Below are positions 19,263 through 27,866 of a stretch of 53,296 nucleotides of DNA, in pieces. The stretch comes from a virus. Taxonomy: Duplodnaviria > Caudoviricetes. Position numbers and translations under genes: made by a program. The stretch lies in IMG/VR virus record IMGVR_UViG_3300009566_000068, positions 1 through 53,296 of that record; one strand, written 5' to 3'. Positions within the stretch are counted from its first letter, which is position 1. Each line of letters opens with the position of its first letter. The notes below the pieces were generated by a model, which saw only the letters and a program-made list of their open reading frames with translations, was not told where the DNA came from and searched no databases.

Positions 19263-20147
19263 AGACTTCTCCTTTCTCGGGGTCCCCCCCTGATTATATG
19301 ATCTCTGCGGCAGACTGCCGGAAACCATTGCTAACGCCATATTGATTGTAGTTGAGAGCGTCCCGACCTGGTCAACAAGGCCAGCCTCAACCGCTTGCTT
19401 GCCGATGAAGATGCGACCGTCCGCCATCTTCTCGAGGACCTCTTGCGCCTCGACGCCCCGGTTCTCAGCGATGGTATCCACGAACAGCGTGTAATACTGA
19501 TTGAGCTGCTCCTCAAATATCGCTCGCGTCTCCGGTGAGAGGGGCTCGGAGCTGTTGCCCATCGCCTTGTATTTGCCGGCGGAGATATAAGTCCGCTTAA
19601 TCCCCATCTGGCGGTCCATCTCGGAAAAGTCGTAATGGACCATCACAACGCCGATGCTGCCGACCTCTGCCGTATTCTCGGCAACGATCTTGCTGGCTGA
19701 ACTCCCGATCCAATATGCGGCACTTGCCATCATGCCATTCGCAAAAGACACTATGGGTTTCTGCTCTCCGGCCATCCGGACCGCTTCGGTTAGAGATTCA
19801 ACAACACTCACGACGCCGCCGGGGGAGTCGATCGAGAGGATAATCGCTTTCACCTGGGAGTCATTAACGGCTGCCGTGAGCGCCCTTGAAATGGAGACAA
19901 CTGAACTGCCCCCAAACAGATAGCTGAAAAAGGTGTCGCGCTTGGAAAGAGGACCGGAAATCGGGATCACAGCCACACCGTCAACAATATCGTAAGGCGG
20001 GGGGTCGCTGTTCGGATCGGCACGGTAAGAGGCCGCCTCAATCGCCAGGCTCTCGCTCGTAAAGTCCTTAAACTTTTTTGTCAGGACTTCGAGCTTGTCG
20101 GGGTAAATCCCCCAAATCTGCCCCTGTGAGAAATCTGTAATTTCCAT
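18780..20147 (-). CDS. Head maturation protease, S49 family (gpC-like)
   Basis: 'IDSPGG', 'ASAAYWIGS', 'GSIGV' motifs. Confidence 0.92.
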   Translation of the reverse strand: MEITDFSQGQIWGIYPDKLEVLTKKFKDFTSESLAIEAASYRADPNSDPPPYDIVDGVAVIPISGPLSKRDTFFSYLFGGSSVVSISRALTAAVNDSQVKAIILSIDSPGGVVSVVESLTEAVRMAGEQKPIVSFANGMMASAAYWIGSSASKIVAENTAEVGSIGVVMVHYDFSEMDRQMGIKRTYISAGKYKAMGNSSEPLSPETRAIFEEQLNQYYTLFVDTIAENRGVEAQEVLEKMADGRIFIGKQAVEAGLVDQVGTLSTTINMALAMVSGSLPQRSYNQGGTPRKEKSMDKIINTEQLTAAYPELVNQIKEAAINGVKVEAVNGERLRITGLVSIQFGAEAGDKFKKLVETGTTVEQFQAYRELNPVAAKEDDAEKKAREVALAAIKAAGPDNPGSGAGAGTAGEKDFTTMVSEYQLLHKVTKGAAIEAVQALYPEAHEKWLVSVQKK

Positions 20148-20156
20148 CGCGCTCTC

Positions 20157-21815
20157 CTAAGATTGATCCAAGCCCTCACCGGAACCGGGCTCCTCATCAG
20201 GTTCGTTGTCGCCGCCTTCTTTTTTAGGTCCGCTTTCCTCTTTCGGCTCTCCCCCAGGCGAAGTCACGACGGCTTTATCTAAACCGCGCTCGTCAAGCAT
20301 TTCTTCTTCTTCCTCGAGCTGATCGAAAGTCGTAAGGATATCGCCACCACGCTCCGCGATGGACTCGGCCCGGGTCTTGAGCTTGTTCCCGATAAGCAGA
20401 ACGTCGGCCTGGGCTGCTTTGATCGGCTCGATATCGCCCTTCGGAGATCCGCGCCACTCGGCTTGCGTGATGAAAAATCGCTTCGAATAAAATTGAGCGA
20501 CCTTGAGATCGCCGCGCAAATAGGCCTCCTCATGAAGCATCGCCCATACCTTCTGACAAAGCCCCTGACCCATCCAAATACGCCGGTGCATGAACACCCG
20601 CCAGGCATCAAGCATAGCGGCTCGGAATCCGGCGAAGTTCACCGCCTCGACATCCTTGAACAGCACGGGGTACGGGACATTGAAGCCCATCGCGATCGCC
20701 TTCTTGACGATCTTCGTAAACGGGTCAAAGGTCACGCCGGGGCGGTCGCCCTTGATTGGCTTAGGTTCCTCACCGGGATTGCCGTACATAATCATGCCGG
20801 GGATCCACTCCTGGTATCGGGTCTCGACGGTTTTTTCTCGGGTAAGGTTTGTCTCGGTGAAGGCCGAGAGGTTATTCGCCGCGAAATAGGGGTTTGATCC
20901 TTTCTCCTGCTGGATGAAAAGCGCAAATGCTGCGGTCACGATATTCGACACAAGCTCCGCGTCCAGGTAGTCATTAAGATCACGCAAGAACTTCATTGCG
21001 CTGGCAAACGGACTTACGCCACGGAACTGCTCCGGCTCGGTCGCGATAAAATCATGGATCACATTCCAGCGATGGCCCCGTTTTGCAGGAATCCGCTCAA
21101 AGTTCGTCGAGATGTCCGCGCTCAAATCCATGAGGCCGCGCGGGTCCGACTTTTTTATCCAGTAAGCGATCGGCTCGCCATAACTGCCGTACTCAATCCC
21201 GTCACGCAGATAGGGATTCAAAACCAGGTCTACCGGAGTCTTAAGACGCAGCGGGTTAATGAGCTGGCAAGCCAGAGAATAGGGTCGTTCGGCATCGTCG
21301 AGCATCGGCAGTAGGATCAGGTACTCGCCATAGGTGAGCAGAGACGTAAAGGCGAGAAACTGGATGGAACTGAAAGACATCCGACCGCCCGCGTCCGCGT
21401 ATGGCGACCAGATGGAATAAATTATTTTCTGCTGGTTCTGGATGCCCCTGACCTGGTCCTTGCTCATTTCCAGGGCTTGGATGTTCAGGATCGGGTGCGG
21501 GACCAGGCCGGCCCCGATTACTGTCGTCGCGAATGAATCGATAATGCCGGCAGCGTGCGGATCGTTATTCTTGAGATCCACCGCCCGCTCCGCGATTCGC
21601 TCTCGCTCCATACTTTCGGACTGACGGCTTACGAGGCGTTTCGGAACCCAATTTTTCATGGAGCCTTCACGCTTCGCGGCCATGCGGCTTATGCCATATG
21701 AGGACGACGGCATAAGGGGTTTGTTGTCGGGACCGAATAGCACCGGACGACCCATGGCTGTCGCCATCGCGTTAACGGCTCGCCCGAATATCTGAGTTTG
21801 CCTTGCGTCCATCAT
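20157..21815 (-). CDS. Portal protein, lambda family
   Basis: 'RAVDLKNND', 'EQFRGVS', 'VNFAGFRAAMLD', 'IEPIK' motifs. Confidence 0.93.
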   Translation of the reverse strand: MMDARQTQIFGRAVNAMATAMGRPVLFGPDNKPLMPSSSYGISRMAAKREGSMKNWVPKRLVSRQSESMERERIAERAVDLKNNDPHAAGIIDSFATTVIGAGLVPHPILNIQALEMSKDQVRGIQNQQKIIYSIWSPYADAGGRMSFSSIQFLAFTSLLTYGEYLILLPMLDDAERPYSLACQLINPLRLKTPVDLVLNPYLRDGIEYGSYGEPIAYWIKKSDPRGLMDLSADISTNFERIPAKRGHRWNVIHDFIATEPEQFRGVSPFASAMKFLRDLNDYLDAELVSNIVTAAFALFIQQEKGSNPYFAANNLSAFTETNLTREKTVETRYQEWIPGMIMYGNPGEEPKPIKGDRPGVTFDPFTKIVKKAIAMGFNVPYPVLFKDVEAVNFAGFRAAMLDAWRVFMHRRIWMGQGLCQKVWAMLHEEAYLRGDLKVAQFYSKRFFITQAEWRGSPKGDIEPIKAAQADVLLIGNKLKTRAESIAERGGDILTTFDQLEEEEEMLDERGLDKAVVTSPGGEPKEESGPKKEGGDNEPDEEPGSGEGLDQS

Positions 21816-22033
21816 CAGTAATCTCTCCGCGGTATGCCGATGTTGATCGCCGGTCCTCCCGTTCCCTGCTCTCGCTTGTATCGGGCAAGGAGCGTTTCCT
21901 CTCGGTCAGTCAATTCGGCGAGATTGGCTTTCGTAACACTTGCTCCATTCATCTGATAGGATTGGTTATTCATGACCGCAGAGATCGCCGCCTGGACTTC
22001 TTCGAGCTGCTCGAGCGTGGTCTTTAATGCCAT
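21815..22033 (-). CDS. Head completion protein (gpW-like)
   Basis: 'AISAVMNNQSYQMNG.SVTKANLAEL'; overlaps the portal start. Confidence 0.8.
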   Translation of the reverse strand: MALKTTLEQLEEVQAAISAVMNNQSYQMNGASVTKANLAELTDREETLLARYKREQGTGGPAINIGIPRRDY

Positions 22034-22215
22034 ATGCGAACCTCGGCTTTATTTGGCACGGACGTTATCATGGGATTTCATGAGAAAATGCCGATTACGG
22101 CGCTTTTAGGTCTCTTTGGGGGGGCTTTTATACCGCGTTTGGGTCTTATTTTTCTTGACAGGGGTTTTTTGAGATGTTCCGGAGCGGGATAAACCGCCCC
22201 GGAACAGAGGTAGGA

Positions 22216-22554
22216 TTACAGCTCGGGGACTTTGATCCCCAGGTGAGATTCGATCCATTCGGCTACGAGCCGACGATGACAGTCCTCGCCGGGACGCTCG
22301 TAGCAGCAGAGGATGGAATCTTTCAGGTCCTCGTAAACCTTCGCCGGATCAAGCTTAGCAAGAACCTTTTCCCGGTACTCCTGGACATATGCGGACCAGG
22401 GAAGTCCGGCTTTTGACCGATTCAAAAGATCGGCAGAAGGAGCCAAAGCATAATAGCGACGGCCCGCGCCCCACCATCTCGGTGTATAGAGCGCAATGCT
22501 GACCGCCTTCGGGTCCGCAGCTGCGACTCTATTTGCAAAATATGATGTTTTCAA
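22216..22554 (-). CDS. DUF488-like protein
   Basis: 'TSYFA', 'LAPS', 'LCCYE...DCHRRLVAEW' motifs. Confidence 0.7.
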   Translation of the reverse strand: MKTSYFANRVAAADPKAVSIALYTPRWWGAGRRYYALAPSADLLNRSKAGLPWSAYVQEYREKVLAKLDPAKVYEDLKDSILCCYERPGEDCHRRLVAEWIESHLGIKVPEL

Positions 22555-22568
22555 ATCATGACCTCCTT

Positions 22569-22811
22569 TCAGTTTATCGGTTCACAATAAAAGCCCGATA
22601 CCCGGACTCGCTCGCCGTTATCCAACGCCTTCAAGTTGACCGTATGTATCCCCCTGGAGTATCGCTGATCCGGGGAGTCGCTTAACGGGAAAGACTCGAC
22701 AATGAATTTTCTGTACCTGTATCCCGGCGCGATCTCGCTGATTTTGACCACAACAATCTCGCCCAGGTTAGGGAGCTTCGAGTGATGCGTATTCGCAATC
22801 GGCGTCAGCAT
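22569..22811 (-). CDS. Hypothetical protein
   Basis: Probable start ATG 22811 overlapping the upstream stop. Confidence 0.45.
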   Translation of the reverse strand: MLTPIANTHHSKLPNLGEIVVVKISEIAPGYRYRKFIVESFPLSDSPDQRYSRGIHTVNLKALDNGERVRVSGFYCEPIN

Positions 22812-23059
22812 CGTATAGACTCTCTTCGGATTCCGTTCTTTCCCCAGGTATAAGTTTCTGTCAAGTCCGGTCCACCGGGCCACACTACGATCATGACCTT
22901 ACCTGTATATCCAGGACAGTCCGTGATGTAATTGTCAAAAACCGCGATACATGCGTCGATCACGACGAGGCCCGCATCGGCATTTCCACCCGCTTCCCGG
23001 ATTATAAATTCATATAATTCTCGTTTTTCCTCATGATTTGGTTCTCTTGGCTTTTTCAT
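22805..23059 (-). CDS. Hypothetical protein
   Basis: Strong RBS AAAGGAG; within operon. Confidence 0.6.
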   Translation of the reverse strand: MKKPREPNHEEKRELYEFIIREAGGNADAGLVVIDACIAVFDNYITDCPGYTGKVMIVVWPGGPDLTETYTWGKNGIRRESIRC

Positions 23060-23075
23060 AGTCTCCTTTCTCCTC

Positions 23076-24776
23076 CTAAGCCAAGATTTCCTGGGGAACC
23101 TTGCCAGCCAGGTCCGCGCCCGATTTTAGGATAATTTCAACAAGCTCCTTCTTCGAGCATTTTTCAAAGGCCTTGCGCCCGATCTTCTCAAGGTGCTTTT
23201 TTGCATTCTCGTCCTCGAAAATGCCGAGCTTCTTTCCAAAGGAGAGGATCTCCTTGATGGTCTTTTTATCCAGATACTCCGCATGGATCAGCCACTCTTT
23301 TTGCAGGTCAATTTCCAGGTGGGTAGCGACCAAACGACGACCTTTCGAACCGTAACCACCGCCGTGAACCTGACCTTCGAGCATTACCGACGTCGCGGCT
23401 TCTTTCAAGGCTTCCTGGAGTTCCGCAGTCCCCATCTTCTCGATTTTCGGCCACAATTTCTCATTATTGAAAAGGCAGTATCGCTCCGCCTTAACGCCAT
23501 GCTTTTCGGCAAACTCTTCTTTCAGAAAATGGAACCCATGGAACATCGAGGCCAGGATCAGCTTCAAGACTTTGTCATCACTTGCGGGGATTTCTTGGAG
23601 GACCTCGGGGATCCGCTTGTGGAAGAAAACCTCGCGGAAATAGTCGCCGTGCCATTCAACCCGCGGCACATCGGCTTCGGGCTCCTTGCCGCCTTTCGCT
23701 TTCGACTTGGTTTTTTCTATTGCCTCTGCCGTACGGCGCACCATGTCATAACAGGCCTTCGAACCTACACAGGATTGCTTCTTGTGGAGCTTACCCTCAA
23801 TATTGACAATGGAAACAAAGCTTTCGCAGGAAAAGCACTTCTCAACCGGATGGGCACCCCATTCTTCAAAATCATGGTGATCGCTCCAGTTAAGGGTATG
23901 CTCGAAGCGGACCCCGTTTGTTTTATGGGCTTTCCCGTAATTATTCCAGTTTGCAACCAGCCAGGACATCTGTTTTCCGGTGAAGCACTCGGGATCAAAA
24001 CAACACGCCTTGTCGAGCCCGGCGACTTCTTCAAATATCCCTTTCTGTACATCTGAGTTTTTCGGGCAATTCGCGCATTCGCCTTTGTCGAATTTTGCGC
24101 ATGACATTTTGAGAGTCCTGCTATTGATTTTAAATCTCAACCGGCTCACTGGAATCGCTTCGGGACCCGAATCGTAATAACTTGTAAATATGGAATCGAA
24201 AAACTCGAGGACTAACTTTTCATTGGGCAACCTGGAGAGCTGCTCACAATGTCCGAATTTGATCTTGCCTTTCTCCCAAGATTTCAGCACTTTCGCGGGA
24301 AGCTTGAGGACCTGCAGACGGCGCTTGATGTATCCAGGGTGAATCCCACACCTTTGCGCGAGATCGGGAATCGCCTCGTCACCATGTCGCTGAATGTAAA
24401 GCTCATAACTGCGGGCCTCTTCCATCTCTGAGAGATCCTCGCGCTGCAGGTTTTCAATTGTCATGGCGTCAAAAGCCTCGTCGTCCGACATCTCCCGGAT
24501 TATTGCTGGGATCGTATGCGCCGACAGGCCTCCGTTGGCATTTGCAACCTCGCAGGATGCGCGGAAACGGCGCTCGCCGGCAATGATCTCATAGGGAATT
24601 TTCTCTTTTTTCTTTTTCTGCGGTCTGACCAAGATCGGCTCAAGGACGCCCTTCGTGCGGATCGATTCGACCAGATCATCAAATTTCTTACCAGAAAAAT
24701 TCTTCCTTGGGTTCAAGGGGTTTGCCTTTAACTGGTCCAGCTGTATCATCTGAAATGTGCCTTCGTTCATTTTCAA
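23076..24776 (-). CDS. ParB/Spo0J-family protein with long Cys-rich C-terminal region
   Basis: 'NPRK', 'IIAGERRFRA', 'ENLQREDL', HTH; CxxC clusters. Confidence 0.9.
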   Translation of the reverse strand: MKMNEGTFQMIQLDQLKANPLNPRKNFSGKKFDDLVESIRTKGVLEPILVRPQKKKKEKIPYEIIAGERRFRASCEVANANGGLSAHTIPAIIREMSDDEAFDAMTIENLQREDLSEMEEARSYELYIQRHGDEAIPDLAQRCGIHPGYIKRRLQVLKLPAKVLKSWEKGKIKFGHCEQLSRLPNEKLVLEFFDSIFTSYYDSGPEAIPVSRLRFKINSRTLKMSCAKFDKGECANCPKNSDVQKGIFEEVAGLDKACCFDPECFTGKQMSWLVANWNNYGKAHKTNGVRFEHTLNWSDHHDFEEWGAHPVEKCFSCESFVSIVNIEGKLHKKQSCVGSKACYDMVRRTAEAIEKTKSKAKGGKEPEADVPRVEWHGDYFREVFFHKRIPEVLQEIPASDDKVLKLILASMFHGFHFLKEEFAEKHGVKAERYCLFNNEKLWPKIEKMGTAELQEALKEAATSVMLEGQVHGGGYGSKGRRLVATHLEIDLQKEWLIHAEYLDKKTIKEILSFGKKLGIFEDENAKKHLEKIGRKAFEKCSKKELVEIILKSGADLAGKVPQEILA

Positions 24777-24792
24777 TTCTCCTTTTCAATTT

Positions 24793-25668
24793 TTAGTGCG
24801 TTAATAGGGATGTCTGTTCAATCACTTCGCGGTTGCTCTCCGACTGCGTGAGGGCCCGCTTGATCTTGTTCAGGGAAATCATAATTTCATCAATTCGTCT
24901 GATGTTATCCTGAGTCGCTCCTTGCATGACATACGGCAGGACGGAAAGATCGTCCTGGTGAAACGATTTGCTGATTAGGTCGATTATCGAATCGAGCATC
25001 CGAGAGTATTTACCGTAAACCTCTTTATCCGCCTTGCTCGGCTCCGGCAAAAAGCTATGTTGCTCCTGGATATTGATCATTGCGTTTACCAGGGAGCGCA
25101 GCTTGTTATATGTTGGAACCTTGCCCGCGGAAATCTTGTCAAACAAGGCCCCCTGCAGCTCCCTCGGCAAACGGCTCATTTCCTGCGCTTGCGATGGATT
25201 GAGAAGACCGCGGAGCGTGTACTCCTGAAATGTCGGGGTGAGTTTGAGGATGTTCAGACGTTCCTGGATGCGCCAGCTCTGCTTGATTCCCATCTTGCGG
25301 GCAATTTCCTCTTGGCTCATCCCCATATCAATCAGGCCCTCGTAGGCTTTGGCCTCTTCCACGATGCTGAGGTCCTCGCGCTGCAGGTTCTCCAGGAGCG
25401 CGAGTTCCGCAACCTTCTTGTCGTCGGCTTCCAATATCCTGACCGGGACCTCTTTCACGCCGGCCAGGTTGCAAGCCCGCCAGCGACGCTCACCGGCAAT
25501 AATCATAAATCCGTTTTCCCTCTTAACCACGATCAGGGGCTCGAGGAGCCCGCTCTCCTTGATTGATTGCGCGAGTTCTTCGAGTTTGCCCTGGTCAAAA
25601 TGTTTGCGCGGCTGGTTCGGATTCGGATATACGCGGTCAATTTTCAAAGTTTTCATTTCACCCTCCAT
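24793..25668 (-). CDS. ParB/Spo0J-family protein
   Basis: 'PNPNQPRKHF', 'IIAGERRWRA', 'ENLQREDL', HTH 'SQEEIARKMG'. Confidence 0.92.
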   Translation of the reverse strand: MEGEMKTLKIDRVYPNPNQPRKHFDQGKLEELAQSIKESGLLEPLIVVKRENGFMIIAGERRWRACNLAGVKEVPVRILEADDKKVAELALLENLQREDLSIVEEAKAYEGLIDMGMSQEEIARKMGIKQSWRIQERLNILKLTPTFQEYTLRGLLNPSQAQEMSRLPRELQGALFDKISAGKVPTYNKLRSLVNAMINIQEQHSFLPEPSKADKEVYGKYSRMLDSIIDLISKSFHQDDLSVLPYVMQGATQDNIRRIDEIMISLNKIKRALTQSESNREVIEQTSLLTH

Positions 25669-25853
25669 TAAAACGAAAAGAAATTGAAGGTGTGCAAGGC
25701 TGTCTTGAACTTTCCATAGTTCCAGACTCCTGTGCCTCCGCGTGCCGCGATCTGAAAATATCTTTTCTCTCTATTTTTTCTTTTTCCTGGTTCAATAACG
25801 CGCCTGAGTTCAAAACAACTTGTAGACCGTAACACTTTTATTTTTTTCTGCAT
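25668..25853 (-). CDS. Small basic hypothetical protein (MQKKIKVL...)
   Basis: RBS AAGGAG before ATG 25853; TAATG overlap with the parB-like gene. Confidence 0.55.
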   Translation of the reverse strand: MQKKIKVLRSTSCFELRRVIEPGKRKNREKRYFQIAARGGTGVWNYGKFKTALHTFNFFSF

Positions 25854-25900
25854 ATTTAGCTCCTTATTTTTGCGTGTACCATGCGCAGCCCGGCGATTTT

Positions 25901-25987
25901 TTATTCGAATAAAACAGGTCCCATAACCATCATCCAAAATCCAAAGCCGACCAGGAAGGCAATCGCAAATTCGCCGACTGTTCTCAT
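25901..25987 (-). CDS. 28-aa hydrophobic micropeptide MRTVGEFAIAFLVGFGFWMMVMGPVLFE
   Basis: AAGGAGG RBS; ATGA overlap with the upstream peptide. Confidence 0.55.
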   Translation of the reverse strand: MRTVGEFAIAFLVGFGFWMMVMGPVLFE

Positions 25988-26061
25988 TTTCTGCCCTCCT
26001 TAACCACGTGATACAAAAAGACCACAATATAAACGACCGTGCTGAGCAGGATGACTTTCAT
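25984..26061 (-). CDS. 25-aa hydrophobic micropeptide MKVILLSTVVYIVVFLYHVVKEGRK
   Basis: ATGA overlaps at both ends. Confidence 0.5.
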   Translation of the reverse strand: MKVILLSTVVYIVVFLYHVVKEGRK

Positions 26062-26486
26062 GCTGCCCTCCGCTTGCCGAATCTGTCTTTAATGATACCG
26101 ATTGTCTCCGGCGCATAGTAAAGGTCCAGCTCAACTCCGCAGTCTATAAGGTCCGCGATGCTGATGTAGCCAAGCTCTGCGTTTTCGTGATCTCCGTTGA
26201 GACAAGCAAAGCCGAAGGCCTGGTGCTGTTCTGCCTCTTTGTCGCACTCAACGATGTACCAATCGGAAGCGCCCAAAAAGTAGTGGAGCGTGACCGGCGC
26301 CGCGTCGCCCATGCCGTCCGTATCGTAGGTAACAGGCATTTCCGCGATTTTCTTGTCGAGATCTCTTAAGAGGTCTTGGAAGAACCTTCCCTCCTGACCT
26401 CTACAATTCCACCGGAGCGCTGTCATTTGACTCGATCCAATAAACTGCCTCAAATCTGTTGACTTTTTTCCATCCTCTGTTACCAT
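26058..26486 (-). CDS. DUF2958-like protein
   Basis: 'HYFLGASDWYIVE...AFGFACL...ELGYISIADL...ELDLY' motif. Confidence 0.7.
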   Translation of the reverse strand: MVTEDGKKSTDLRQFIGSSQMTALRWNCRGQEGRFFQDLLRDLDKKIAEMPVTYDTDGMGDAAPVTLHYFLGASDWYIVECDKEAEQHQAFGFACLNGDHENAELGYISIADLIDCGVELDLYYAPETIGIIKDRFGKRRAA

Positions 26487-26558
26487 CTCCTTGCTCCTTT
26501 CTTTCGTAGGGGGTTAGTGTTCGGCCCTTCAAAGTTCACGGCTTTGAAGGGCCAGTTT

Positions 26559-26870
26559 TTAGATCAACCCAAGGGCCAGCATCCAGGAGGGACATCCGTC
26601 TGGTCCGCGGCCATCCAGATCAACCGGCTCGCCCCTCAGCGTCTCGCAAATACCGTCCGCTATCCAACTCCACAGCGTGTCCTCGTCGGGCGGGCGCTCA
26701 AAGCCGGTCAGGTATTTGTGGGCTTTAGTCACCGGAATGTAGAACTTTTTCTCACCGCACCAAACGGCTATCAAATGAGGATATTCTTGGGGATAGCTGA
26801 TCTGGTCAACCTTCGTTCCTTTTTTAAACTCCGCTCCGCTTTTCAACTTGACATCGTTTTCAAGGTTCAT
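26559..26870 (-). CDS. Hypothetical protein
   Basis: C-terminal 'DGICET..GE.V..DG..PDG.PSW.LALGLI'; ATGA coupling. Confidence 0.6.
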   Translation of the reverse strand: MNLENDVKLKSGAEFKKGTKVDQISYPQEYPHLIAVWCGEKKFYIPVTKAHKYLTGFERPPDEDTLWSWIADGICETLRGEPVDLDGRGPDGCPSWMLALGLI

Positions 26871-27076
26871 CGCTCCCTCCGTAAGACCTGCTGGATTTCA
26901 GCTTCCATCTTGAACAGGTAGGCGACCATCGAAACGCCAAAGTGCCAGGCCCGGTCCTCATGGTAGCTCTTGTCAGTTTTGACTCTCGACTTCTTTGCCA
27001 ACGCCTGATGAAAATCGGATTTCGCGGTCATCTCCGTCCGCTTTTTCGTGAAGTACTTAGCGACCGCTTCGCTCAT
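26867..27076 (-). CDS. Hypothetical protein
   Basis: RBS GGAGG; coupled to neighbours. Confidence 0.55.
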   Translation of the reverse strand: MSEAVAKYFTKKRTEMTAKSDFHQALAKKSRVKTDKSYHEDRAWHFGVSMVAYLFKMEAEIQQVLRRER

Positions 27077-27189
27077 TATTCTGTCTCCTCCTTTCCGTCC
27101 TCGCTTTCGATCATCGCGGCCAAGGCTTCATTCATTCCGAATTTCACCCAATCTCCTTCGTCCATGACATCAAACTTTTCCGCTTCCAT
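27076..27189 (-). CDS. 37-aa acidic peptide MEAEKFDVMDEGDWVKFGMNEALAAMIESEDGKEETE
   Basis: Double RBS AAGGAGAAAGGAG; TAATG overlap with the next gene. Confidence 0.55.
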   Translation of the reverse strand: MEAEKFDVMDEGDWVKFGMNEALAAMIESEDGKEETE

Positions 27190-27256
27190 CTTGATCTCCT
27201 TTCTCCTTGAATTTGTAATCTGTCCAGCTCACTGAGCTGGTCACATTCACAAACTC

Positions 27257-27304
27257 AAAAAAGAGAGGCTCTCCTCTGCCCTGGAGAGCCTCCGATTTTT
27301 TTTT
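27257..27304. terminator. Bidirectional intrinsic terminator
   Basis: GAGGCTCTCC/GGAGAGCCTC stem with A6 on the left and T9 on the right. Confidence 0.8.
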
Positions 27305-27714
27305 GAAGTTTTAGGTTCACGGGTGCCTAAATCCCGACAGGGTTCCTGGGTTGTCCTGAATCCCAACTCAACCCCTACACTCACGGTAAGGGCCAAGATT
27401 AACCGATTATCAAAACCATCGGTTTAAAGGTCTCAGCCTTTTTTCTGACCCGTCGGCCCCCCGAATTTCGCTTGAGGATGTTTTGAAGGTTGGCCCTGCT
27501 AAACTGTGAGAAGTATCCCACGGCGTAAATCTTGACGATTTTTATTGAGCTGACCAGGTGCAACCACAGCCCCATTAAAAAACCGGGTTTGGAAGGTATC
27601 AGATAAAAAGGTATGAGAAGGAACTGGGAGCTGGGTTGCTAACCCGCCGTCCGGCCTAACACCGGACTCAAAAAGCACGCGGCCTCCCTCTGAAATGAGC
27701 TAAGTTATTGATAT
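27257..27714 (-). ncRNA. Candidate ~450-nt structured RNA or leader
   Basis: Promoter upstream, terminator at end, many local and long-range helices. Confidence 0.5.
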
Positions 27715-27749
27715 GATTAGAACTTATAGGATTTTGAGGTATATAGCAA
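27701..27749 (-). promoter_or_regulatory. Sigma70-type promoter with adjacent IHF consensus site
   Basis: TTGCTA (27744-27749), 17 bp, TAAGTT (27721-27726); TATCAATAACTTA (27701-27713) matches WATCAANNNNTTR. Confidence 0.6.
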
Positions 27750-27866
27750 GGGAAAAATGCAATAATTTCGCATACTTAGCATTTTTTACTGCGGAAAAAA
27801 GAGGTCAATCGCAAGTTTGAGAGCCCCGCTGTATATGCTCCCGCTGTACGACGACCTCTGAATTTA

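Noticed and set aside
23076-25668. Complete ParABS plasmid-prophage partition system
   Set aside because: No Walker-type ParA and no canonical parS palindrome found in the window
25854-26027. 5' half of the 119-aa ORF 25668-26027
   Set aside because: TTG start without RBS; region better explained by two micropeptides and an ATG at 25853
27399-27575. 58-codon - strand ORF inside the candidate RNA
   Set aside because: No RBS (preceded by a T-run) and no recognisable motif; kept only as an alternative
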